Shown piece after piece: positions 50,234 through 63,468 of a stretch of 64,000 bases of DNA; position 1 is the stretch's first letter; every line of letters starts with the position of its first letter. Source of the stretch: the human T2T-CHM13v2.0 reference genome, Homo sapiens; assembly GCF_009914755.1 (NCBI RefSeq), contig NC_060935.1, one strand, 5' to 3'. The translations under genes and the position numbers were made by a program. The notes below the pieces were generated by a model. That model did no database searches. It had not been told where the DNA came from and saw only the letters and a list, made by a program, of their open reading frames with translations.

Positions 50234-50433
50234 AGACTTATGTTCCCAAAACGAATTCAATGTATTATATTGAGGTTTGCTCGATGCTTTTAGTAAAGAA
50301 TAATTTGCATTATTTAGTCAATTCGCCAGTCAGATTTTTAAATCTATTTTAAGAAGCCAGTTACGTGATCATTTGATTTTTATTCACTTCTGTTTTTAGC
50401 TAAATAGTTGTGAACCATATGGGCTATAACAAG

Positions 50434-50833
50434 TGCTGTGAGTTGAATGTTGTCTCCCAAGCTATTTAAGTTCACCCAGAACCTCAGAAGTAATCTTTTT
50501 TGGAAATAGGATCATTGTTAATATAATGAGGCTAAGCGGATTAAAGTGGGAACTAAATCCAAGAACATCCAATGAGGGTGTTCTTATAAGAGATAATAAA
50601 GGACAACAGGAAGACACACAGGGAGGAAAGTCATGTGCAGACAGAGGGAAATGGTGTTTTGCTGCCACAAGCCGTGGAGCAAGGAAAGTTTCTCCTCCAC
50701 TGCCTTCAGAGGCAGCAGAGTCCTGCCAGCACCTTGATTCAGACTTCTGGTCTTGAGAACCATGAGAAAATAAATTTTAGTTGTTTTAAGCTGCCAATTT
50801 TTTGATAATGTTTTTTGTGGTAGCCTTAAGAAA
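50434..50833 (+). mobile_element. MLT1B/C-like MaLR LTR
   Basis: TGCTGTGAGTTGAATG...CCTGCCAGCACCTTGATTCAGACTTCTGG...AGAAAATAAATT. Confidence 0.8.
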
Positions 50834-52059
50834 TTTATATAACAAGTAGATATTAGATCATAAAACCTAAATTTCTTGTTTTATCTTTTGGCATGGTAAA
50901 TAAATTTTCAAAAAACAATTCTTCAATTCCAGTTTAGCAATGAGAATGTCAGGGTTACAGGGCAGATCTAAAAAGCTGAATAGGAGTGTGCATTTGTAAG
51001 AATAAGTAATGACAAGCTGGGACACGGTCTCTAAGATCCTACTGAATTCTTGTTCTTTTCTCCCTCACATCCTCCAGTGCTTTTGTAGGCAGTGATATTA
51101 AATATGATGACTCTGAATATCAAGTAAAAATCTTGATTTTATGTGAAGTTCCTGAAAGATGACCAAGAGGATAAAAATTTTAAACATTGTTAATCTCACA
51201 AATTTATGTGTTAAACTTCATTCTTTAAATTCTATTTACTAAGAGTTGATATCATGATGAATTTCAGAAATAAGTAATATAATCTCTGTTTTGCTTTTTA
51301 AGACAAAATGTTATCTCTGTTTATCTCTTGCTAATCATGGTTTGTGTTACATAAGTTTCCCCAGGACAAGGACTGTGTCAGCCTGGTATTGTTCCTTCAT
51401 ATCACCTTAGTGATTAAATATTAATTGTTAACCCAGAGTTACCACGTTCACATCAAATAAAGCTTTCAACTCCACCTTATACTATAAAATATACCACCAA
51501 ACCTTCTCCTGTATATGTGAGTGAATAGACAACTATAAAACATAAAATAAACCTTTTTTATTTTTAATTTTTCTAAGCTGAGCACCATGGATCAGAGATA
51601 ACTTCACTATAATTCTGAGCAATTACTAATATATTGTATTACACATTTTCCAGATAATGTGACCCAAAGTTTGTTAACCCTGGGAAATAAAATGAAAACT
51701 TTCAGTTTTAATTTCACCTTGGATTGGGTGGTTTTCTTGGTGTGTGTATACGATGTTGTGTTATTAAAGGATGCAAAATAGTACTCTCTCTTTCAACACA
51801 CATATGACAAATTAAGCATTATCAATAATTATCCTTCAGAGTAAATGTGTTTCTTACATACTTGCTGCTATATTGTCTTGTATATGGAGACAGGATAAAT
51901 TGTCTTTGATCCTGAGTTTGTGAATAGAAGAAAAAAGAAGGAGACAAAGAACAATACAAAAAACTGAGTAAAAAGTGAATGTTTATTTATGTACTTTTAA
52001 TTCATTATGATATCTTGCTACATCACCAGAATTTCCATCATATCAAGGGTAATCAAAGT

Positions 52060-52208
52060 TAGTGATTTTCAGACCTTCATATACATGCAAATCACCTGGG
52101 AGGGTTGTTTGTAAAATGTCCATTCTGGTACAGGAGATTCTGCATTTCTAGCAAACTTTCAAGTGATCCTGGTGTTACTGGCCCTTAGATCCTCTCTGAA
52201 TATCAAGG
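52060..52208. mobile_element. MER5A-like MITE
   Basis: AATCACCTGGGAG...GAGATTCTGCATTTCTAGCAAAC. Confidence 0.65.
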
Positions 52209-52220
52209 ATATAAGCAAAC

Positions 52221-52253
<33 letters not shown>

Positions 52254-52669
52254 ATTTTCAGTAATTTTTTGTGGTGGCCTTAAGAAATTTATATAACAAG
52301 TAAATATCAGATCATAAAATATATATGCTGTTAAACATAAAACATATATATTGTTAGACATATATATATGTCTAAACAACACTCATGTCTAATTGTGTGT
52401 AGAGTCACTAGAGGCAATTTAAAATAAGTTTTTATTTTTCTTTTTTTCTATTGGCAATAACATGATTTTAGTGATAAATTTTAATAATTATGAAAACATA
52501 ACAGTACTTTTTAAAACATAAACATTTAAAGAAAAAGTTTTCATGATTCTTGTATACATCTTAACATACATACTCTCCCTTTAAAGTAAGTTCTTTGCAT
52601 TGTTTAAATCTTTGCAGACAAAGCTTTTCAAGAGCAAGTCAGTGGAAACTAGTAGAGCAGGAGTTGAGA

Positions 52670-53192
52670 AAGCCCTGTGCATTATACACTCACCATGTCC
52701 CAGAAGTTTTGCTCCATCCATCCAGCAGGATGTTAGACCAGGGCATATAATCTATCCCCGGTCACTCATTTTCTCATTGTATTGCCTATTGTGGGCACAA
52801 TGTAGTTAATATATTTTAAAATAAATATTCTGTTGCCATTTCAGATTCGTGAGTTCATCTGGATAGCGGATTTTTGTTTGTTTGTTTGTTTTGCTTTAGT
52901 CAATTTTGATTAATTAAGGAATCTCAGAGTCCTCACTCCTTAGCTTTCATTTTCAACTTGTCTAAAAGGCACTTTCTGCCAGTGCACATCAACCTTCTCC
53001 ACCCATTTCCCACATTTCCACCATCCTTCCTCACTCTAGTGCACTAACTCCAAAAACTCACAGGCAATTGTGAAAGCACACTCTGTATGTTATGCCATGT
53101 TAATCCCCATGCTGAACTCACAGACTTGTAGCATGCGGTACAAAAATGTGAATGAATCTCTGCAGAAGCTGATGGACTTCAAAATATTTTAG
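52670..53192 (+). pseudogene. Degenerate OR5D-like relic (3' half, ICL2/TM4 to C-terminus)
   Basis: 53046-53192 translates NSKNSQAIVKAHSVCYAMLIPMLNSQTCSMRYKNVNESLQKLMDFKIF*, colinear with the OR5D15P C-terminus. From about 52683 it reads YTLTMSQKFCS. Confidence 0.85.
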
Positions 53193-55509
53193 CATTGAAA
53201 GCAATTTTAATAAGTATAGTTCAATGAAAGTATGTATGTTTCTATTCAAATATCACCTTCTCACAGAATCCATAGTTGACAACCTAATATAATGTGATGG
53301 TTGCCCCTATCCCCTTAACCTGATTAATGTTCTTTCATAGCTGTAGGTGATATTTTAAATTCATGTAATAATTTATTTGTTTGTTATTTGTTTCTCCCAG
53401 TAGAAGACAAGTTCCAAGATGGCTGAAATTTCTGTTTTATTTTTTCTTCAATCTCCAATGCTTAGAAAAGTAACTTAGAAATTCAGCCTTCAATGTACTG
53501 GATGAATTACAGAGGGAAAGAAAGAAAAAATTCAGACTAAATTGATAATATTTAGCATTATGCCTTATTTACCTAGGTAAGACTTCTGGTGATGTCTCCT
53601 CAACGAATATGGCTCCCATCTCATTTTTTAAAAGCCAAAGAACAGGTGTAAGGTAATCAAAGATGACCACGTTTCTTTATATGAATGCTTGTGCTGCTAA
53701 TTATTGTACTGTTGGAAACTTTCTTTTTCTAATTTTAAGTATTTAGTTTAAGCTGGATACTCTATAACTTTTTGACCATTTTACATTTGCCAGCACCACA
53801 AAAACAGTGCTTCCATTATCAACAATATATCTCATAATTAGGTTTGGGATTAATTTTTTTAAATTGTTAGGTTCAATTTAGAGATCTTTTCCTTCAAACT
53901 TAATTTAGATTATAGAAAACATGAAAAGTCTCTTCAATATTGTAATTAACATTTCAGAAAATTTTGGTTCATTTGATTAACCTAGTCACAGAAATGCAAA
54001 CAGGTAGTATTCTGGATTTAATTATCAATAATATCTCTGGATTAGACAGATTCTGGTTTATCATGATGGAAGAAAGTTATTTGCAGCTTGTATTAAGTTT
54101 CAGAATACTTGTGGATAATTTTACATACATCAGCAAAACTGCTTTTAGACATTGGCCTAGTAATATTTTTTGTTAATTGGAAATATTAAAATAATACATT
54201 GCTACCAGCATTGCTAAAGTGTACTTCAATTTTTTAGGGTTCCGTAATAATTTTGCAAAATTCACAGGAAAAGGGATCTAAGAAATGTAAAAACTTTGCA
54301 AAACACCAGTGAAAATATCTCTGTAAGCAATGTATTCTTGCCTTCTATATTAATGATTCCATAAAGAATTCTTATAAGATTTGGCTTCTTTTAAGGCTAT
54401 AAAGGAAAATATCTTTATGATATCAGAGTAGGCTAACATTTTGAAGATTTAGAAAGCAAAATAAATGGGACTACATTAAAATTAAAATGTATTCCATTAG
54501 CACATGGAAAAAAATCTGAGAATGAGAGAAAAATTTTGAAATATATTTAATTGACAAGAGATTAATATCCATAATATAAAGATATCTATAAAAACTAATT
54601 TAAAAAATAAATATAATGGTGCTAAAATTGGAAAAAGAACAAACCATTTTCAGTTTATCCTTGTATATCATACAATAATATTTTCTTGTAACCTATGACA
54701 TGAAAAATTATGCCAAATAACTGCTCTGAAGAAACTCAAGCTCATTCACGTCAGAAGAGATGTTCAACAATGTTCAGTTTCATATTGCTTACAATAACAA
54801 AAAAAATGGAAACAGCCTTAATAGACATAAAATAAATGAGCAAGATGTGTTATGGTCATACAATCTGATTCCACTAGTACAGAAATCAAGTCGTAATGGT
54901 TTCATTACACAAGATTCCACTACACACAGAGGGACTTATTGTGAATTTTGTGTCCTATTTGTTTTAACTCACGCATACACTTACATATACAGAACACACT
55001 TTTGACCAAATGTTTTCTGATGAAAATATAATCACATCAGTTGACATATTGGGTATGAAAACATTATTTCTTCATCCAAATTTGGAAAATTATATCTTAC
55101 CTTTCTATATTTTGGCAATGATAAGAAATAATTCCAGGAAAGAAGCAGGTATTATACCATTTATATGTAATGAAGTTTAGAATTAGAAGTTTATTTACAT
55201 AATTTTTGAATTCTGCCTTATGTCTATTTCTGTCTTTTTACATGCATATATGTATAAACATATATTTGTGTGTATATATATATATAAACATACATATACA
55301 TACATGCATGTATAGATGATCATGTATATATATGCATGTATATATATTTGGTTGCCCACTGTGATTGACGCATCTGAAATCAGCTACATGCTCAGCTCTG
55401 AACATGTGGGCCTAGTTCTACAGGAATAATGGATATTGCAACTAACTTTGTAAGCAAATCAATCCATGGAAATTGTTAACTCAGAACATACTTAAATTGC
55501 TTTTTGCCA

Positions 55510-55880
55510 AGGAAAACACACTCTAGCACTTAGTGGCTGAAGGCAGTTTGATATTTCTCACCATTCTCTGGACTTACTGGGTGGTTCTTCTTCCAGTCTC
55601 ACTGGGGCTCACTCACGTTGCTGAACTTACTTGGGGATTCTGATGGAGCTAACGCTTCCAAGATAGCATCACTCACTTGTTACCTGACTTGGTGCTGGCC
55701 ATTGGTTGTGGTGTCTCAGTATTTTCCCAAGGAGTTTCTCATCTGCTTGTAGGGTACAATGGTTTTATTATGTGGTGTTCTCAGAGCAGCATTTGAAGAG
55801 AATGAAAGAAACTGCAATGCCTTTTGATGCCTCAACTCAGAATGCTCATGTCACTCCTACAATATTTTCTTGGTCAAACA
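55510..55880 (-). mobile_element. Old MLT1-like LTR
   Basis: CTTAGTGGCTGAA...CTGGGGCTCACTCAC...TCCAAGATAGCATCACTCAC. Confidence 0.55.
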
Positions 55881-56669
55881 AGTCACAATTCCAATTTAAT
55901 GAATCAATCACTGTGTTCTCTAGTGGAAGCATGACACACTTGGGAGATAAAACCTCTAAACCCTTAGAGCTCATGGTTTCTCTTATGGGAAAGTTCTAGG
56001 TCTCACAAATTATTGGAGGAACAGCAATGTATGTTGGTTGCAGATTTCAAGCATATAATATATTCAGGAGGCTATTACTCCATCCTTCTAAGGTATTGCC
56101 AAAGAACCTGCCCTGTAACTAAGTTTCAAAAGGTGTTCCTCATGTTCCAAGCATACTTTTTGAATTTGTAAATACTAGAATATTTGTCTTTAACTGTTGC
56201 TTTTCAGGGCCACCTTAAGGTAGGATTACAGTCCTGCAGTTATTCACTTTTGTGTGGGCCAGCATATCATGGGGAATCATCTGAAAATGAGGCTTCTATG
56301 CTTTCTTCCACATTCAGGTTGCCATAGGGAATGCCCCATGAGACACAAATTCAGGCTGAGCAAGAAGAAGCAATACAGCAAGGTATGGGCCACGGACATC
56401 TGTAGCACTTGATTATGAAATTTACTTGTGTTTTCAGGAATAGGAGTGCTATTGGCTGCTGCATATTTATACCCAGGATGCATGCAGGATAGATTATATC
56501 TCACTAAGAGGTGCACTGAATTTTGGAACAGATGAGGCAAGTATTTAAAGTTTTATTGTAATTTGAATTACATGCAAGCAAAGCTTGATAGTTAACTTCA
56601 TGCTGCATTTTTTTTTCTGAGTAGTTTCAAGGAAATTCCAGTCACTAAATGTGACACAAGAGACTTGGT

Positions 56670-56842
56670 ATTTGCCTTAATTGCCTGTTTTGATGCTTGT
56701 AAAGAGTAAGTTGTTAGTGATTCTCCAGAGTTTGAGTCCCTAGGGCTATGAAGTTAAATGAAAGAGTCTTGGTGCCTCAGGTATACACTGTCTGAAGAGA
56801 CAGGAGGGTGGCAGCCTGTTTCTTTGTATGTAGCAGGTAAGT
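56670..56842 (+). promoter_or_regulatory. Predicted OR5D14 promoter and 5'UTR exon donor
   Basis: Homeodomain-like TTAATTG (about 56677); O/E(EBF)-like TCTCCAGAG (56722) and TCCCTAGGGC (56737); consensus donor CAG|GTAAGT (56834-56842); matching acceptor TTTGCTTTGGCAG ending at 57843. Confidence 0.55.
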
Positions 56843-57879
56843 GTATTCAGGCTTTCTATGAAACTGAAAATAGGGTCTTCCTGATACGGCAAATGGGGCC
56901 TTTGATTTTTTAAATGTTAAATCACTGTGTTATTCAATTCTGTGCCCAATAATATTAAAAAATGAGGTCAACACTCATGAAAATATTTAGCCTTATATCC
57001 ATTGAAAATTATCTCATGATGAATAGTATAAACTTGCTACTTGGAAATGGATATTTATCCATATTTCCTTTATATTCATCTTAAATTAGTGTGTAAATTT
57101 TTATAAGATTGAAAACTAGTCAGGCTTAAGGGAACTTTCACCTGATAAATCTTGAGACTCTTATAAGATACTTATGCAATACCTGAGCTATAGTAGATGC
57201 TGACCCTTAAGTCATAAACCCCAATAAAATGCCCATTCCACCAAGAGGTCAAAAGTAGGCCATTGTCCTTGTCAACTCCTCAGCAACTAAGATATTCAAT
57301 GAGAGAAGTAGCCTTTCTAGAATAAAAGTTGGTAAAAAGTGGAATTAGTGTGCTCTTTTTCCAGATTTCTACAATATTTTCCTTTATCCTTAGAATAGAA
57401 ATATATTCTGAATATTTTAATCAATTTGTCTATATAAACAAATACAGTAGCAATGCATGTTGTTGTTTGATGTAAATATTTTACATTTTCCACAGAATCT
57501 TTATTAGTTTATATATTTATGTATAAACATTTTCTATAAGTTATGTGCATGTCATGCTACTAGTTAATGTGTAGACATGTATACTACTGTACACATATAC
57601 ACACACATACACATACACATATATATTCACACATATATATATGTATGAAAACAGAAAGTGTAATAAAAATGGAAAGACACTCCAAAGACTTGGCTTGGTT
57701 TGTTTTAGACATAACAGCTGCCTGCATGAGGTATGTTCTTCTTGGACAAAACTAGGACCAGTAACTATTCCTTCTCCTTTTTTCCTTTTAATCAAAGAAA
57801 GTCATGACATAATTATCACTCACCCCATATTTTGCTTTGGCAGGAACAATTCTCTTCAACCCTTCCATTAAAAGGAATT

Positions 57880-58824
57880 ATGATGATGGTTTTAAGGAAT
57901 CTGAGCATGGAGCCCACCTTTGCCCTTTTAGGTTTCACAGATTACCCAAAGCTTCAGATTCCTCTCTTCCTTGTGTTTCTGCTCATGTATGTTATCACAG
58001 TGGTAGGAAACCTTGGGATGATCATAATAATCAAGATTAACCCCAAATTTCACACTCCTATGTACTTTTTCCTTAGTCACCTCTCTTTTGTTGATTTTTG
58101 TTACTCTTCCATTGTCACTCCCAAGCTGCTTGAGAACTTGGTAATGGCAGATAAAAGCATCTTCTACTTTAGCTGCATGATGCAGTACTTCCTGTCCTGC
58201 ACTGCTGTGGTGACAGAGTCTTTCTTGCTGGCAGTGATGGCCTATGACCGCTTTGTGGCCATCTGCAATCCTCTGCTTTATACAGTGGCCATGTCACAGA
58301 GGCTCTGTGCCCTGCTGGTGGCTGGGTCATATCTCTGGGGCATGTTTGGCCCCTTGGTACTCCTTTGTTATGCTCTCCGGTTAAACTTCTCTGGACCTAA
58401 TGTAATCAACCACTTCTTTTGTGAGTATACTGCTCTCATCTCTGTGTCTGGCTCTGATATACTCATCCCCCACCTGCTGCTTTTCAGCTTCGCCACCTTC
58501 AATGAGATGTGTACACTACTGATCATCCTCACTTCCTATGTTTTCATTTTTGTGACTGTACTAAAAATCCGTTCTGTTAGTGGGCGCCACAAAGCCTTCT
58601 CCACCTGGGCCTCCCACCTGACTGCTATCACCATCTTCCATGGGACCATCCTTTTCCTTTACTGTGTACCCAACTCCAAAAACTCTCGGCAAACAGTCAA
58701 AGTGGCCTCTGTATTTTACACAGTTGTCAACCCCATGCTGAACCCTCCGATCTACAGCCTAAGGAATAAAGACGTGAAGGATGCTTTCTGGAAGTTAATA
58801 CATACACAAGTTCCATTTCACTGA
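57880..58824 (+). CDS. OR5D14: Olfactory receptor 5D14 (314 aa)
   Basis: ATG at 57880 ([14 protein letters not shown]...LIHTQVPFH), recognised as OR5D14. MAYDR is intact. The ORF-track start at 57832 is a TTG upstream of the splice acceptor. Confidence 0.93.
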   Translation: MMMVLRNLSMEPTFALLGFTDYPKLQIPLFLVFLLMYVITVVGNLGMIIIIKINPKFHTPMYFFLSHLSFVDFCYSSIVTPKLLENLVMADKSIFYFSCMMQYFLSCTAVVTESFLLAVMAYDRFVAICNPLLYTVAMSQRLCALLVAGSYLWGMFGPLVLLCYALRLNFSGPNVINHFFCEYTALISVSGSDILIPHLLLFSFATFNEMCTLLIILTSYVFIFVTVLKIRSVSGRHKAFSTWASHLTAITIFHGTILFLYCVPNSKNSRQTVKVASVFYTVVNPMLNPPIYSLRNKDVKDAFWKLIHTQVPFH

Positions 58825-59849
58825 ACCAGTCTCAAAAGTTGTTTTCAATCCAAATGAACAACCCAAACAGAGGCTACAATGTTTCTAAAGCCTAGAGCAT
58901 ATATTTATATGAGGTTTTTATGGAATTGTCAAATGTGAATTGATATAGCATTCCCAGTATTATCAGGTTCAGAAATCTCTACAAGTTTAGTCCAGTTTAT
59001 ACAAAATGAATGAAAATAAACATTTAATCTGAAAACAATGAGAAACCATATTTCAAAATTATTTCTAACTTTTATATGAATGACTAAATAAACACAAATA
59101 TTTGGTAACAAATACTATACAAATTCAAGCAACATTCTCCAAATTTTCTCTAAAAAGAAACCTTTCCCCTAGGAACAAAACTAGGGCTTCTTGGAGAAAT
59201 GGCTAATTTGAAGTCTAGGGTGGAAAATAGGCAAGATGAGCTTTGGGCAATTTAATGCTCCAGAAAGATAGAATACTATCAGCAGCTAATCAGATTGTCT
59301 CAAAGAGATATAGGAAGCAATTTGAAATGGCTGATGCTGGTTTATGGTCAGAAAAAACTTTTTAAACATAAAAATGGATATTGATTACAATTGATTTAAA
59401 GTCCTCATATAGATTTAAATCTAGGTACTGAAAAAGAAAAAAATAAATAAGCCATTGTTTAATATCAATGGATATTAGGGCACCAATTCATTACTCTGAA
59501 AATAAGTAATTAAATAATATATATATTTATTCTATTTTTCCTATATGAATAGTATGTCAGCATCACCTACTGATTAATGAGGTGAATTTCAGAAGAAATA
59601 AAAGCATAAACAAGGATGAAATTGGACAATCACAACTGTAGAACTCCACATTTAAAAAATGAATAAAGGTAATGATTTCAACAGACATAATAATCATTAG
59701 GCAAAAAGTTTGTGGATAATTTTAAGATGAAGTAACTAAGTTGACACAACCTGAATTCAGAGATCAGAATGATCATCACTAAAAGTTGGACAAACAGTTA
59801 TCATCAACCAGTTACCATGTGCTTCTCAATGGACTGCAATGTACAGTAG

Positions 59850-60168
<319 letters not shown>

Positions 60169-60354
60169 AGAATTTTTGCTTTGTTAAAAAAAAGTAAAAG
60201 AAGGAAACTAAGCTAATAAATATTCTTGATCTCAGCATTAGTTAAAAAGAATTAGTACAGAAATAAATAAAATGACACAAAATAAAGCACTAAGCAAAAT
60301 ACAGAGAGTGCTGAATTATTATTTTCCCTTGCAAAATATTACCTAACATGTGGG

Positions 60355-60356
<2 letters not shown>

Positions 60357-60398
<42 letters not shown>
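60357..60398. repeat. (CA)n microsatellite
   Basis: Seen directly. Confidence 0.95.
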
Positions 60399-60400
<2 letters not shown>

Positions 60401-60989
60401 CTCTCACACAAAGAATGGTTATATAACAAAGAAAACTGGCTATAACAACCACAACTATTTGACTCTTGATCCAAACTAACTGGAAAAGTATGTCGTTGAG
60501 ACAATTGGGGTAATTTAAACACAGATTGGGCATTTAATAGTATTAAAAATATAACAGTGATTTTGTTAGGTGAAGTTTTGGCATGCGTGCTTGGTTCAAA
60601 TATTAAAAACAATCGAGGAATTAAAAACTACCTATCGGGTATTATGCTTTTTAGCTGGGTGACAAAATAATCTATATACCAAATTCCTGTGACACCAATT
60701 TGTCTTTAAAACAAACTTGCACGTGTACCCCTGAACGCAAAATAAATGTTAAAAAATCAAAACACTCTAATCAGAAGTTGATTGTTTGGCCTTTTTGCCT
60801 CCATTTTACTTCAGTATCACCATGCTCTGGAAGCACTGATGGTTCACCAGAGAGGAACCTGCAGCATCATTGGACAAAAATGCCGCTTCCAGGTGTTCAA
60901 ACCAGAGGTCCAGAGATCCAGTAGATTTTCTGCTTGGTCAGGGACAGAGCTGGTTATCAAGTGGGATGTAAGTGGGTAGAGCAGTGGGA

Positions 60990-63378
60990 CTTACAGTGGG
61001 AGCTGATTTCAACTTTTCCTCTAGGTCTGCTGTTTGTTATTTAATTTTGTTAAGATAAATTTTAAGACTAGTTTTATACTTTGCTGAGTTATTCCTTCTA
61101 TCTGATCTTTTCATAAGTACCAATATCCAAATTGTTTAGAATGAGAGTTCTCTAATATTTTTTAATACAGAAGTTTTTCTAATTCAAATATTTGCCTTTT
61201 TTCCATTGATAATTAGGATCTTCACTGGTGTGTATAGTCCAATGGTGACTTAATCCAACAAGCTTTTTTATGGAAAGACCAAGAGGTAACTTCCTAGGTT
61301 TAGAATAAACCTTTACTAGGGATAAAAGGGGTCTTTCTGGAGTGAGTGCAGAAAGTGCAGCCTCCATGTTCCAAAAATTCACTCACAGATCTCTAGTCTC
61401 TCACTGAATGTGAGACACCTTCAATATAGGTCTGATAATCTGTGACACTGGGGCAGGCAACACTGAGATGGGAGTTTTGAGCACAAATCCAGGGAACAAT
61501 GTTGAGATGACAAACACCGTGAGAGGTTGGCATGTTTGGACAAAGACAGTGCTGCTTAAAATCATGTGCCTCCATTCCTCAATCTTTTCAGACTGACTTG
61601 TACCTGTGTGCGCTACCTTATGGTCCCTCTCCTTAGGACAAATGACACAAAAAGACAAAGATAAAGGAAGACAATTTCTGAGATCAAAAGGATCAAGTAG
61701 AAATCAAGAGTATTCACAAGAACACCAAAAGTCACTTTTTACTGAAACAACTAGTTCACAAATGTTTTCTCCTGCCAATTCCAATTTAGAGAGGGAAAAA
61801 GACAGAGTCTTACCACTCTCCTCTCAAACAGCCCCTACAACAGAGATCCAGGAAGCTGACAGATAGAAATCTGACCTCTGAAGTCCTTTTGTCAGAGGTC
61901 CAGGATCTCAGCTGCAGCAGTTCTGGAGAGAGCAATGTTCCAACCAGTAAAGGATGGCCCCAAGTTGGGGCCAATTTCTGTAGGGGATACAGAGATCACC
62001 CTGAACCCCTCTTAGCTCTTAGTGGGCTCTTCAACTAGAAACCAAATTGAAAACAGGTTAATTTTGCAAAGCTCAATATCACTGTTAAATAGAGAAATGC
62101 AAATCAAAACCACAACGAGATGCCACCTAACACCAGTCAGGATAGTTACTATTAACAAGTCAAAAAATAACAGATGCTGGCCAGGTTATGGAGAAAAAGG
62201 AAGGTTATACACTATTGGTGGGAGGGTAAATTATTTCAGCCACTGTGGAAGACAGGGTGGCGATTCCTCAAAGACCTAAAGACAAAAATACCATTTGACC
62301 CATCAATTCCATTACTGGGTATTGGCCCAGAGGAATACGAATCATTCTATTATAAAGACACATGCATGCATATGTTCATTGCAGCACTATTCACCATAGC
62401 ACAGACATAGAATCAACCTAAATGCGTAGCAAAGATAGAGTGCATAAACAAAATATGGTACATATGCACCATAGAATACTATGCAGTCATAAAAAAGAAT
62501 GAGATCATGGTCTTTACAGGGACATACATGCAGGTGGAGGTCATTCTTTTCAGCAAACTAAGACAGGAATAGAAAACCAGATACCACATGCTCTCACTTA
62601 TAACTTGGAACTAAATGATGAGAATACATGGAGACATAGAGGGAAACAGCACACACTGCAGCCCTTGCAGGGTGAAGGTTGGGAAGAGGGAGAGGAGCAG
62701 GAAAAACAACGAATGGGTTAATGCCTTGGTGATGAAATAATCTGTTAATGCCTAGGCTTAATGCCTGGGTGATGAAATAATCTGTTAATGCCTAGGCTTA
62801 ACGCCTGGTTGATGAAATAATCTGTACAACCAGCCCCCATGAGGCAAGTGTACCTATGGAACAAACCTGCACTCATACCTTTGAAACCTACAATAAAAAA
62901 ATTAATGATTATACAAATTTTATAGTTTCTCATATACCTGGGGATCTTCACACGTCAGTGATGTCTGAAAAATAACCTAAACAAGATACTTTTATACTTT
63001 GTAGACAAAGAACAATCAATTTTAGAAGAATGACAGGACAAAGAAAATCTGGCTAAGAGAGTGAAGTTTTCTAGGGGAATCACTATGACATAGATGAGGT
63101 GGCTGTAAACCATGTGGAAGATAAGGATTTTTCATTAGGTATGTTTATTCAGGTCCCTTGTAGTCTCTAAGTTCAAGTCCATGGTCATAAGGGCCACATT
63201 CTAGCCCTGGGATGAGAGGATGCCTATCCCAGAGGAAACTTCATCACTGGCTGCATGCAGGAAGAGACAGATCAGTTCATCCTTTCTGAAACTGTAAGTT
63301 CTTCAATGTTTTTCACTCAAAATAATCAATATACCAATCTGGCATATTTTGGGGTGACATATCTTTCACTCCATTAAA
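60990..63378 (-). mobile_element. ERV1-type LTR (about 61979-63378, interrupted by L1) plus leader/internal fragment
   Basis: AATATACCAATCTGGCATATTTTGGGGTG LTR-end motif; PBS-like sequence at 61957-61973 next to the LTR boundary. Confidence 0.5.
62070..62903 (+). mobile_element. L1PA8-13-like 3' end with internal 40-bp tandem duplication (62718-62825)
   Basis: REMQIKTT...FDPSIPLLG frames; GGTGATGAAATAATCTGT repeated three times. Confidence 0.85.
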
Positions 63379-63430
63379 AGATGACAATAGCATATATTTA
63401 TATTAAAACATCGCATTTTCTAAAAACTTC

Positions 63431-63432
<2 letters not shown>

Positions 63433-63467
<35 letters not shown>
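63433..63467. repeat. (GT)n microsatellite
   Basis: Seen directly. Confidence 0.95.

Positions 63468-63468
<1 letters not shown>

Noticed and set aside
51985-52010. ATGTACTTT as the PMYFF remnant of the OR relic's 5' half
   Set aside because: The match is too short in AT-rich DNA, and the flanks do not align by eye.
57832-57879. 330-aa N-terminally extended OR5D14 from the ORF track
   Set aside because: It starts at a TTG inside the intron's pyrimidine tract, upstream of the acceptor at 57843.
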